Source: Prevotellaceae bacterium
GTDB lineage: Bacteria; Bacteroidota; Bacteroidia; Bacteroidales; Bacteroidaceae
Assembly (NCBI GenBank): GCA_022508585.1
Contig: JAFLUU010000001.1
Coordinates: forward strand, 1 to 46,573
Direction of reading: 5' to 3'
Length of the DNA: 46,573 nucleotides
Positions 27,126-37,577 of the stretch are shown here, in pieces. A program made the position numbers and the translations under genes. The notes beneath the pieces are model-generated. The model was given only the letters and a program-made list of their open reading frames with translations. It was not told the DNA's origin and ran no database searches. Each line of letters starts with the position of its first letter. Positions within the stretch are counted from its first letter, which is position 1.

Positions 27126-27821
27126 TTATTCTTTGTTTTGGCAGCAACCGCAGCTGCATCCGATGAGGCACCACACAACAGCTGCCAGCAGGGCGCCTAC
27201 AATGGGAGCGACGATAAATACCCAAAGGTCAGCGAGTGCCTGACCGCCTTCAAAGAGAGCAGGGCCGATGGAGCGGGCGGGATTGACAGAAGTGCCAGTA
27301 TAATGAATGCCTACGAGGTGAATAAGCACGAGAGAAAGACCGATAGCAAGACCGGCAAACTGACCTGCGCCCTTCTTCTCGTCGGTAGTTCCGAGCACTA
27401 CAAGAACAAAAATGAAAGTAAGCACTGCTTCAACAATGAAGCCGGCTAATTGATTGCCTGCGCCTGCAGTAGAGTTGGCGCCAGTGAGAGTACCTCCGAA
27501 ATCGGTAGTAGTAACAGAAGTGAACAGATACAAAATTGCGGATGCGAGGATTGCACCTACGATCTGGAAGACGATATAACCAGCGGCGTCCTTAACACTG
27601 ATGCGCTTGGAGACAAGGCAACCGATAGTAATGGCAGGATTGATGTGGCAGCCACTAATACCTCCGATGGTATAGGCCATTGCTACCACAGCGAGACCGA
27701 AAGCGAGCGCCGTGCCGACTACGGAAGCGGTGTCAACACCACAACTAAGACTTACGGCAGTACCGCAGCCCAAAAGTGTCAGTACAAAAGTTCCTACTAA
27801 CTCTGCAAAATACTTTTTCAT
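27126..27821 (-). CDS. aqpZ: MIP family channel (aquaporin Z-like) with a Cys-rich C-terminal tail
   Basis: Two NPA motifs are present (HINPAIT, SVNPARS). I prefer the start MKKYFAELVGTF (ATG at 27819-27821). The tail reads CLIGCSCGCCQNKE. Confidence 0.85.
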   Translation of the reverse strand: MKKYFAELVGTFVLTLLGCGTAVSLSCGVDTASVVGTALAFGLAVVAMAYTIGGISGCHINPAITIGCLVSKRISVKDAAGYIVFQIVGAILASAILYLFTSVTTTDFGGTLTGANSTAGAGNQLAGFIVEAVLTFIFVLVVLGTTDEKKGAGQFAGLAIGLSLVLIHLVGIHYTGTSVNPARSIGPALFEGGQALADLWVFIVAPIVGALLAAVVWCLIGCSCGCCQNKE

Positions 27822-27864
27822 TGGATTTAGAATTATTGGGGTTAATAATAACAAAATTCTATAG

Positions 27865-28341
27865 TTAATTATTTATCAACGCAATGGCATAAGCAGAGAT
27901 GCCCTCCTCTCTGCCGGTGAAACCGAGGCGCTCCGTAGTAGTCGCTTTGATAGAAACACAATTTAGGGGAACATTCATAATGGCGGCAAGGCACTCTTGC
28001 ATCGCGAGAATGTGCGGATTTATCTTAGGACGCTCACAACAAACAGTAGCATCTATATTACCAATTGTGTAGCCCTCTTTTTTCAGCATCTCCACGACTT
28101 CCGCCAGCAGCCGCTTGCTGTCTATGCCTTTGTAGCGAGGATTCGTGTCGGGAAAATGGTAACCAATATCACGCAGACAAGCCGCCCCAAGAAGAGCATC
28201 GCAGATAGCGTGAATAAGCACGTCAGCATCACTGTGGCCGAGCAGGCCGAAATCCACATCGAGCTTTATTCCTCCAAGCCAGAGCTCACGATCAGCGACA
28301 ATGCGGTGAACATCGTATCCAAGACCGACTTTCATTGGCAT
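27865..28341 (-). CDS. ispF: 2-C-methyl-D-erythritol 2,4-cyclodiphosphate synthase
   Basis: GLGYDVHR and GHSDADVLIHAICDALLGA are canonical IspF motifs. 158 aa. Confidence 0.93.
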   Translation of the reverse strand: MPMKVGLGYDVHRIVADRELWLGGIKLDVDFGLLGHSDADVLIHAICDALLGAACLRDIGYHFPDTNPRYKGIDSKRLLAEVVEMLKKEGYTIGNIDATVCCERPKINPHILAMQECLAAIMNVPLNCVSIKATTTERLGFTGREEGISAYAIALINN

Positions 28342-28360
28342 TTCGTCTTATTTTAATCAT

Positions 28361-29566
28361 TTAGCGACGACGACCGCGTCCAAAAAGATCTTTCAAACCG
28401 TCCATGTCAAAGCCCAAAGTAACGCGAAGGGTTTGATCTAACGGATTAGCAGCAGCAGTAGAGATGACATAACCGGCATCAATAGAAAAGACATTCATCT
28501 TAAACCCTGCGCCCACGGTAAAATATTTGCGCCCACCTTTAGTATCTGCCTCGTGATGGTAACCTGCACGCAAAGAGAAGTTATCATTATAAATATACTC
28601 CGCGCCAAGCGACCATTGAATTTCATCTAATTCCTCGGAGAAGCCACCGGGAGCATCGCTGAAACTCTTAAAAATTCCGGAGACAGAAGAAATGTTGTAA
28701 TAGTTCTCTTCTCGATACTGCTGGTATTCGGCAGTATGATCTTTGCCATCATCCGTACTGAACCCAAGCGCTTTTGCACACTGCGCATCAGTGGGATATG
28801 TAGGTACAAGCAGTTTATTCGCATCGGCAACGATAGAAAAACGATTATACTCGTTAATCGGAATTGTATAACAGAAACCCAGACGCAAAGTGGTGGGAAT
28901 AAAATAAGAATAATCATCGCCATAGTTGACTTTGCCACCAAGATTAAAGATGCCGCCACCAATACTGAGCTGACACTCGCGACTACCGGCATTTACATAA
29001 GTTGTATAATAGGCGGAAAGATCTGCAGCAAAAGTAGAACCGGGCTTAGAACTGTCGTCGCTTTTACCGGAAAGATCAGAATAGATGTAACGAAAGGTAA
29101 CACCTGCCGAGAAAGTCTCGCTGAGCATACGACTATAAGCTACATCGACTGCCATCTCGTAAGGCTTTATACTCATATTTTCATTGCCATTTATCATAAC
29201 ATCGCCAAGCGAGAAATAACGCAGCGAACCGGAAACAGCTTGGTAATCGCCGACACGATAGTAGCCAGCAAGATAAGCCAGATCAATATCATTGACCAAT
29301 TGGCGGAGCCATGGAGTATAATTGAGGGCAACACCACCCTTGGAAATAGCAAAAGGGTATTTTGCTGCGTTCCAAGCCTGCGAGTTAATATCTGGTTCGG
29401 TAGCAGCACCGACATCGCCCATACCACCTGCCCTCGCGTCGGGAGCAATACTCTGAGAGACGACAGCAGTCTGCACAGGATTGAACTTTTCTTTTATATC
29501 TTCTGCATTTAATCCCACAGGGATAATGAATATAAACGCAGAAAGTACACTAATAAGCCTATTCAT
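28361..29566 (-). CDS. porV: Type IX secretion system outer-membrane protein PorV (LptO)
   Basis: A signal peptide and ARAGGMGDVGAAT near the N-terminus are present, with a beta-barrel-like alternating pattern. The gene lies directly downstream of porU, which is the usual arrangement. Confidence 0.8.
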   Translation of the reverse strand: MNRLISVLSAFIFIIPVGLNAEDIKEKFNPVQTAVVSQSIAPDARAGGMGDVGAATEPDINSQAWNAAKYPFAISKGGVALNYTPWLRQLVNDIDLAYLAGYYRVGDYQAVSGSLRYFSLGDVMINGNENMSIKPYEMAVDVAYSRMLSETFSAGVTFRYIYSDLSGKSDDSSKPGSTFAADLSAYYTTYVNAGSRECQLSIGGGIFNLGGKVNYGDDYSYFIPTTLRLGFCYTIPINEYNRFSIVADANKLLVPTYPTDAQCAKALGFSTDDGKDHTAEYQQYREENYYNISSVSGIFKSFSDAPGGFSEELDEIQWSLGAEYIYNDNFSLRAGYHHEADTKGGRKYFTVGAGFKMNVFSIDAGYVISTAAANPLDQTLRVTLGFDMDGLKDLFGRGRRR

Positions 29567-29637
29567 TTTGTTTTTTATTGTTCGTCAGTAATCTTATAAA
29601 CTCAAAAATTTTGTTTTTATTGTATAATGCAGAGGTT

Positions 29638-32600
29638 TTATCGTCGATGAATTATCAATTTCTGTCTGCCTGTACTTTTTTTACTCTCGTTACAACTAAT
29701 TCCAACCTCATATACATACAAACCATCCTGTAAAGGCACTCCATTATTAGAAGTAAGATTCCAATGAATGGTATGATAGCCGGAAGTTGTTACGGCATTC
29801 TCGGTATGAGTCCAGACGCGCTGCCCATAAAGGTTATAGACATCAATAGTGAAAATCGTTTCGGAATTTGGACGGTCATAAGTAATAATAAATGTGGTAG
29901 AGCTGTAAGCAGGATTATCACTAAGCGCAACAGAGTTGAGCTGCGGACGCATATTAGCATCAACCACGAAGTCAAGCACAGCAGAAGAGGAATTATTCTT
30001 CACGTCCCACGCACGGAAAAGCAGACTATGTTTGCCGTCTTCAAGAGCAGGAATCATAAACGCTACCTTACCGGAGGTATAACTGCCAAAGTCGTTCTCG
30101 TAGTATGGATTAAGGTTATACGAAGTGCTTTCCTTGCCGTCTATAATGAGCAGAAGATCGTGCCCGACCCCATTGCCACTGATATTGATGCCGTCGGTAT
30201 CAGAAAGAGTGGCATAGAAATACGGAGTATCGTTGACAATCTGTCCATTACGGAAATCTGGGGTATTAAGATAAACAAACAATTTCGGTCCCTGCTGCCC
30301 GGGGACAAAATCCTCGCTCGTTCCGCCAATAGTGAAGCGCTTGTCGGTTCCATTAGCTTCGACGGAGCGGTCAGTGTTGACAGCATATAACTTAACCATG
30401 CCCTTACCATCACTATATTTGATATCAAGAGGAATAGGCAGTACCACACTGAAATTACCACCCGACACAGAATCGTTACCCTCGAATAGGAGATGATCGT
30501 ATGTGTAATAAGAAAACGGATTAACACTTTCGTTGAGATTATTCTTACATACGATTGTGTCTTGACTATCATAAAGAGTCACTGCGACCTGCCCATTAAA
30601 CATTGGCATCAGATTGCCGTTCTCATCTTCGATATGACCGGAGAAACGAGCCTTACTACCTGCCGACAAATTGGGCAGAGAGCCATTCTTGAGGGCAACG
30701 CCATTGATACTGTCAAGCACCACGGTGTGAGTGGGCATCGCAAGACATATAGCAGGGTCGCCCATGAGAGCATATTTGAGTTTATTCTCGCTATAGTCGC
30801 GGTTCTGCATTATTTCGCCCTCCACAGAACTTACAAGATTGACCTTGGTAAGGCGCATAGCATCGCCAATAGTATTACGCTTGCCTTTCTCACGTCCAAA
30901 CACGTAATAGACATAATAATTATTGATATAACTGTTCTGAGTGCTGTAAACAGCACGTGCGGAACTCATAAAAGCAATAGCTGCACCATTAGGATTGAGC
31001 ATACTCTCCACACCGATATTCTCTTCCTCGCGGTCATAAGGAGTAATCTCGCAAGAGGCCACAACCCACATCGGCACTTTTAAACTGGAGAAGTTCTTAA
31101 AGTCTGCTGTCTTGAGAACCATTTCCTTAGACACGCAATAAGGAGCGCCATGACCGGTGTAGTTCATCAGCAACGCGCCCTTGCTCATAGCCGTCTTGAT
31201 GTCTGTAGTCGCTTGCGGGTAAGTAAACCCTGTTGCAGTGGTAACACGCGGATATTTATCCCAATAAATGCGGTCAACCTTGAGATTAGGATAATATTGT
31301 TCCACATTCTGCGCCGCACTCTCCGCAGCGCTCATGTGTTTGTTGCCGTCACCATCGTCAGCAAGGAAGTATACATTATTTTTCCAGCTGCCAGTGTTTT
31401 TATTCTCCACGTAATTGAAGATTTTGTCGACCAAAATCTTAGCTTCTGCGGCAGTGGTGGCAGGCAGGCGGCCAATACCTATGTCAACCTTGTCATACTT
31501 GATATTATCACCCTCGCCGTCGTCAAGCAAACCGAAATAGTCATCGCTAACGAAGCACGTAACCTCACTTACAGAGGGCTCGCTCTCATAACAGAGCAGA
31601 TAATCCTTCGGATCTTTGCGCCGGCAGGCTTCGGTAAGGCAGCGGTTGTCCCACAAACCATTGCCAAAAAGCAAAAGATACTTAGGCATACCACCTTCGT
31701 TGTTGCGGTCGTAGAGCATCTTGAGATACCGCCGATAAGCACCGGCATCCGGAGTGCCGGAGGAGTACTCGTTATACAATTCGTCGGCACGCACGATTTT
31801 TACGCGCAGCGAGTCATGGGCACGGTGCATCTCAGCCAAGCGTTGAGCCTGCTCCATGAGTTTTCCGCTCTCAGGAATGATGATAACCATGTCAGCTACG
31901 GAATCGGCATGGAGATCCTGGTTGGCAATAACGCCCACTTTCTCCGGTGCAGGGTAAGCAGCATTTACATTCACGGCCACATAGCGCAAAGTCGGATTCT
32001 CTACATCAAACTCCAGCGTACCGCCGTTCAAATTGCCCTTCACTTGAGCCACAGGGTTGCCCGGATAGCCGATACGCCATATCTGTGTGTTGGCATTAGC
32101 CCCCTCCATGCGCATAGTAGAGGGGCGAGAGGAATAATGACTGAACACAAGGAAGTCATCATTGAGCTTCAGCTTACGACGATAGCAAATCTTGACATAA
32201 TCCAAGCGCGCGGAATGCCCTTGAGTCGTAACGATGCGCAGATTGTTGGTATTGGCGATGTTATCCAGCTGGAAAGTGCGACTACCATTGGTTGCCTTGT
32301 CAAATTCGCTGGTCAGTGCGCCCATAGAGATGCTACCGATGCTCTTTGAGTTGAAATAATACTGTGAATTAGTGATATTAGAGGACGCAGCCGCAATATT
32401 GACGGTCAAAGACGCAGCATAATTATTGTCCGCATCGGGGGTATTGACTGTAAGAGTGCGGTCATTGCCATTTGCAAAGTTATAATCCTCATAAAACGTG
32501 CGACCACCGGTGTACCAGCTGTATTCATCCTTGTCATAAATGTAGTGCTCGGGATAAGTAGTGATTGTCTGGTACGTATAGGTCGGTACGTCTAGCATAG

Positions 32601-33471
32601 TCATCTGCAGAGGGTCATCGCCCTCGGTCAGGAAATAGTAAGAATAACTCGAATAAGTGTTATTGGCGTGAGTGGCAAAGCAAGTGCCATTCTCATTATT
32701 AGGATTATCGAGCGCCCATTTACCCCACCTCACAGTACCTTCGGCAAAGAAGAGCAACGCATCGCTGCGGCGGTAGAGGGGCACCTCTTCGAGGTCGTCA
32801 TAATCGCTATCAGCGTCAGAGCCGTAGCGTATCAAGTCGTTTTGCAGACGTCCGCCATAGCCATAGAGCTTAACGCGGTCGGGATTGCTGAAACCGAGGC
32901 CGGCAAGAAAACTACGGCTGAGCTGATAAATACCTTCATTGCTTACACGTATCTTTACCCACTTGCCGCTACTCAAAACCGAGTGTTCCTTATAACGAGC
33001 ATTGCCGTTGGCCGCAGCGAAAGCGCCGGCACGAGCATAGTTCTCTACGGTCTGTGTTTCATTGGGCACAACGTTGAGCTTACAACTGAGCAACTTGAGC
33101 CATTTGCCGTTGCGCTTGACAATAGGCACAAACTGCACATCGAGCATTCCCACCTTGCGACTCACACCGAGGTGAGCGGAGACCTTTATATCCTCGCCGA
33201 TTTCGTCAGCATTGACAGCCACCTTCTTAACCTCGGCCTTGGTCAGTTCCGCATACTCGGGATATTCCAGAGTAACGGAATAGCCTTTCTTACTGTAGTC
33301 GACACCTAAGTCTATCGTGCGGCAAAACACAGGCAGGTCGTTGTCAAAGTCAATATTGCCCCAATTGATATGCGTAAACTCGCTTTGAGCACTCATCGAG
33401 CCCACTACCAGCGATAGCAAACAGAGCAACGCCACCTTTGCCGCCTTATAATATAATATGTCAATACGCAT
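29638..33471 (-). CDS. porU: Type IX secretion system C-terminal signal peptidase/sortase PorU (peptidase C25, gingipain-like)
   Basis: 1277 aa with a signal peptide. The C25 catalytic contexts are YTGHGAPY (His) and VVASCEITPYD (Cys). A C-terminal beta-sandwich sorting-like domain is present, and the gene is paired with porV. Confidence 0.82.
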   Translation of the reverse strand: MRIDILYYKAAKVALLCLLSLVVGSMSAQSEFTHINWGNIDFDNDLPVFCRTIDLGVDYSKKGYSVTLEYPEYAELTKAEVKKVAVNADEIGEDIKVSAHLGVSRKVGMLDVQFVPIVKRNGKWLKLLSCKLNVVPNETQTVENYARAGAFAAANGNARYKEHSVLSSGKWVKIRVSNEGIYQLSRSFLAGLGFSNPDRVKLYGYGGRLQNDLIRYGSDADSDYDDLEEVPLYRRSDALLFFAEGTVRWGKWALDNPNNENGTCFATHANNTYSSYSYYFLTEGDDPLQMTMLDVPTYTYQTITTYPEHYIYDKDEYSWYTGGRTFYEDYNFANGNDRTLTVNTPDADNNYAASLTVNIAAASSNITNSQYYFNSKSIGSISMGALTSEFDKATNGSRTFQLDNIANTNNLRIVTTQGHSARLDYVKICYRRKLKLNDDFLVFSHYSSRPSTMRMEGANANTQIWRIGYPGNPVAQVKGNLNGGTLEFDVENPTLRYVAVNVNAAYPAPEKVGVIANQDLHADSVADMVIIIPESGKLMEQAQRLAEMHRAHDSLRVKIVRADELYNEYSSGTPDAGAYRRYLKMLYDRNNEGGMPKYLLLFGNGLWDNRCLTEACRRKDPKDYLLCYESEPSVSEVTCFVSDDYFGLLDDGEGDNIKYDKVDIGIGRLPATTAAEAKILVDKIFNYVENKNTGSWKNNVYFLADDGDGNKHMSAAESAAQNVEQYYPNLKVDRIYWDKYPRVTTATGFTYPQATTDIKTAMSKGALLMNYTGHGAPYCVSKEMVLKTADFKNFSSLKVPMWVVASCEITPYDREEENIGVESMLNPNGAAIAFMSSARAVYSTQNSYINNYYVYYVFGREKGKRNTIGDAMRLTKVNLVSSVEGEIMQNRDYSENKLKYALMGDPAICLAMPTHTVVLDSINGVALKNGSLPNLSAGSKARFSGHIEDENGNLMPMFNGQVAVTLYDSQDTIVCKNNLNESVNPFSYYTYDHLLFEGNDSVSGGNFSVVLPIPLDIKYSDGKGMVKLYAVNTDRSVEANGTDKRFTIGGTSEDFVPGQQGPKLFVYLNTPDFRNGQIVNDTPYFYATLSDTDGINISGNGVGHDLLLIIDGKESTSYNLNPYYENDFGSYTSGKVAFMIPALEDGKHSLLFRAWDVKNNSSSAVLDFVVDANMRPQLNSVALSDNPAYSSTTFIITYDRPNSETIFTIDVYNLYGQRVWTHTENAVTTSGYHTIHWNLTSNNGVPLQDGLYVYEVGISCNESKKSTGRQKLIIHRR

Positions 33472-33487
33472 AATTTATGTTCCTCTC

Positions 33488-34105
33488 TTACTTAACGTTA
33501 AATTCGGTCAGCACATCGTCGTTAAGCCTGCCCTCTATGTGGCTATCTATCTCCACCACAGGCTTATGGTCGGGTTTGCCTATCAGTAGCAGGTCGCCCT
33601 GCCGCAGAGTGAAGAAACGACTCACCCGTTCTATTACCTCACCGGCCAGAAGCGCCACATCGTCTATCATTATGGTGCTCATTTCTTTACCGTTGATGAC
33701 AAGCGAGACAATTTGCTTACCAGTCAAAGGGCGAACGTCGGTCGGCGTGAACTGACCCACGCACACCGAGCCGTCAAAGCTCTTGGCCATATCCCACGGC
33801 TCGCCCTTGGCGCTCAACTGCCGGAGCACGTCTTCAGCAGTGAAGTCAACAGCCACACACGCAGCGTCGTAATATCTATAAGCGAAGCGAGCGGGAATGC
33901 TCTTGCCCATGCGGCAGATACGTAACGCGAGATAAGGTGAGGCACTCATCTCTCCGGTGAAGTCAGGCACAAACATCGGCTTGCCGTTAGTCAACAACGC
34001 AGAGTCTGCCTTAAACCAAATGCGCGGACACGCCTCCATAATATTTAACGCATTCTCGTCTGTTTTATTATATACTTGCGTACTTTCTGCAACGATTATC
34101 TTCAT
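33488..34105 (-). CDS. Fumarylacetoacetate hydrolase (FAH) family protein
   Basis: The FAH-fold blocks are PMFVPDF, AVDFTAEDV, AKSFDGS and LRQGDLLLIG. I prefer the internal start MKIIVAE (ATG at 34103-34105), because a -7 box lies inside the longer ORF. Confidence 0.75.
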   Translation of the reverse strand: MKIIVAESTQVYNKTDENALNIMEACPRIWFKADSALLTNGKPMFVPDFTGEMSASPYLALRICRMGKSIPARFAYRYYDAACVAVDFTAEDVLRQLSAKGEPWDMAKSFDGSVCVGQFTPTDVRPLTGKQIVSLVINGKEMSTIMIDDVALLAGEVIERVSRFFTLRQGDLLLIGKPDHKPVVEIDSHIEGRLNDDVLTEFNVK

Positions 34106-34126
34106 CTCCAAAAAAGTTTTGACAGG

Positions 34127-34134
34127 CAAATTTA
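34127..34134 (-). promoter_or_regulatory. -7 promoter box (TAAATTTG on the minus strand)
   Basis: TAnnTTTG match, 22 nt upstream of the ATG at 34105. Confidence 0.5.
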
Positions 34135-34199
34135 ACGCAAGCCGAGCAAAGAGCAAAATTTATTTGAATTTTTCAGAAGCGTATTCTTCCCTTTATTCG

Positions 34200-34207
34200 T
34201 ACTTTTG
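34200..34207 (+). promoter_or_regulatory. -7 promoter box TACTTTTG
   Basis: TAnnTTTG match, 55 nt upstream of the ATG at 34262. Confidence 0.5.
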
Positions 34208-34261
34208 CATAACATATTAGTCGCAACAATAAATTACTAAACCCACTCAAATTTTTCGCCT

Positions 34262-35317
34262 ATGGTTAACTCTTCTATCTCGCGCGTCATCTCGCGGCTC
34301 CGTTTCCCCTTAATGGTGGGCGTAGTATTCATCCACTCCAAAAGTATCTTCATCAAACCGGAGATGCCCTTGCTATCAAACATCGCAACATTCTTCTCCT
34401 CCATACTGCCATCGTTCTGCGTGCCACTATTCTTCACATTCTCCGGCTATCTATTCTTCGCCAGCACACCAAACCTCACTCCCAGCGACTATGGCCGCAA
34501 GCTAAAGAAACGATTTCGCACCCTTGCCGTGCCTTACCTCTTCTGGAACTCCTTGACAATAGCCGCCCTTTGGATAACTGGCCGCCTCGTGCCATCAATA
34601 GCCAACCCTGTGTTTGAAACGGCATCATCTACCCTCTCCCCAGAATTGTTAAAATGCTTTTATTGCCTATCCGACGGATTTCCTATCGCCTATCAGTTTT
34701 GGTTTGTGCGCGACCTTATGATAGCTATCGTCTTCTCCCCTATCGTATACCTCATTGTTAAGAAGACACCAATCGGGATAATATGCCTAACGATTAGCTA
34801 CTTTATCCTACCGCACATGACAGCGTGGTATTTCTTCTCATTAGGAGCATATTTCGCAGTGCAACAGAGAGATTTCATCGCTTTATCAAACAAATTATTC
34901 AAATACGCCGTCATTATCGGGACACTCTCGCTCATTACGCTGATAGCGATTGGCAATATATTTAAAGCCGCGGAGTTTTACATTATCAGCTCGATGATTG
35001 TGGTGGTAGCAGTTGCCGCCAAATGCATCGGCACTCACAGCAAATACAACCATTTCTTCTCCAAATATTGCAGAACCGCTTGGCAATATACAGGAGGTCG
35101 TTACGACCCCTCATTTTTCTTATTCTGTTACCACACGCTGCCGCTCATGGTAATAAAAAAGATAAGCAGTTCGTTCTTGGCAGACAAAAGCGAATGGTTC
35201 TGGATTGTCGATTACTTCTTCAACCCGATTATCGTCACAATCATAGGCGTTGTATTGTACAAGTATCTCTACAAATACGCGCCACGCCTGCTCTCTTTCG
35301 TTACAGGAGGGCGATAA
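34262..35317 (+). CDS. Acyltransferase family 3 integral membrane protein
   Basis: The ORF is polytopic. The N-terminus (RLRFPLMVGVVFIHS) and FFTFSGYLFF are typical of acyltransferase-3. It is a diverged paralogue class of the gene at 166-1185. Confidence 0.75.
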   Translation: MVNSSISRVISRLRFPLMVGVVFIHSKSIFIKPEMPLLSNIATFFSSILPSFCVPLFFTFSGYLFFASTPNLTPSDYGRKLKKRFRTLAVPYLFWNSLTIAALWITGRLVPSIANPVFETASSTLSPELLKCFYCLSDGFPIAYQFWFVRDLMIAIVFSPIVYLIVKKTPIGIICLTISYFILPHMTAWYFFSLGAYFAVQQRDFIALSNKLFKYAVIIGTLSLITLIAIGNIFKAAEFYIISSMIVVVAVAAKCIGTHSKYNHFFSKYCRTAWQYTGGRYDPSFFLFCYHTLPLMVIKKISSSFLADKSEWFWIVDYFFNPIIVTIIGVVLYKYLYKYAPRLLSFVTGGR

Positions 35318-35340
35318 TAACATCTTCTCACTTTCCCAAA

Positions 35341-35653
35341 AGTCCTCAAAACAGAGCTAAATCGCGCCGAAATTTTACCTAACCCCCTCAAAGTTTGAAA
35401 AAACATCGTGCGCATCTGATTTTTGAGCCTCCGCGTTTGTTTTTTCATCGTGAAACTTAAAAAATTCTTATAAGAATTTCTAAAAAACCTTATAAGAATT
35501 TCCGGGAATTTATATAAGAATTTTTGAAAATTCTTATAAGATTTTTTCATTCTTCACGACATTTCTACGAATTTCGAGGCTCAAAAATCGTACGTGGAGG
35601 CCTTTTCTGCGAACTTTGACGAGGTTAGGTGCAGTTTTGAGAATATAAGGTGC
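35341..35653. repeat. Full copy D of the composite palindromic intergenic repeat (core 35463-35544), with arms swapped relative to copies B and C
   Basis: The core is in the same plus orientation as in B and C. The left arm is the reverse complement of type-2 (35428-35454) and the right arm is type-1 (35553-35632). The terminal inverted repeats are cctaaccccctcaaagtt and aactttgacgaggttagg. Confidence 0.85.
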
Positions 35654-35875
35654 GACCATGACGATATTTAGTGCTGTGAATACGGCAATTTATTATAGTC
35701 TTAATGATTGCTATCAATCTCTTGTAGACATTGATAGCCGCATTGATAAACATCGAGCAAAGCGCGGTGTTTCAATAAGACTGCGCTCTCGCCATATTTA
35801 CATGATAGTCCGCGTTACCAGCGATACGTTTGCCGATATGGCTCATGAAGGCTTTGCCTTTGTTATTTTTTTTCG

Positions 35876-35883
35876 TACTTTTG
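35876..35883 (+). promoter_or_regulatory. -7 promoter box TACTTTTG
   Basis: TAnnTTTG match, 59 nt upstream of the ATG at 35942. Confidence 0.5.
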
Positions 35884-35926
35884 CAGTTTGAAATACACCT
35901 TATTTATAATAACGACAATATTTTAA

Positions 35927-37564
<1,638 letters not shown>

Positions 37565-37577
37565 TAAACAGACCAAG

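Noticed and set aside
35436-35458. parS-like centromere site (tttcatcgtgaaac resembles the tGTTTCACGTGAAACa consensus) in the left arm of copy D.
   Set aside because: The match needs a 1-nt insertion in the palindrome centre. It occurs in only one copy, and the equivalent positions in the other copies diverge (tcaacgagc, ttccacgagc).
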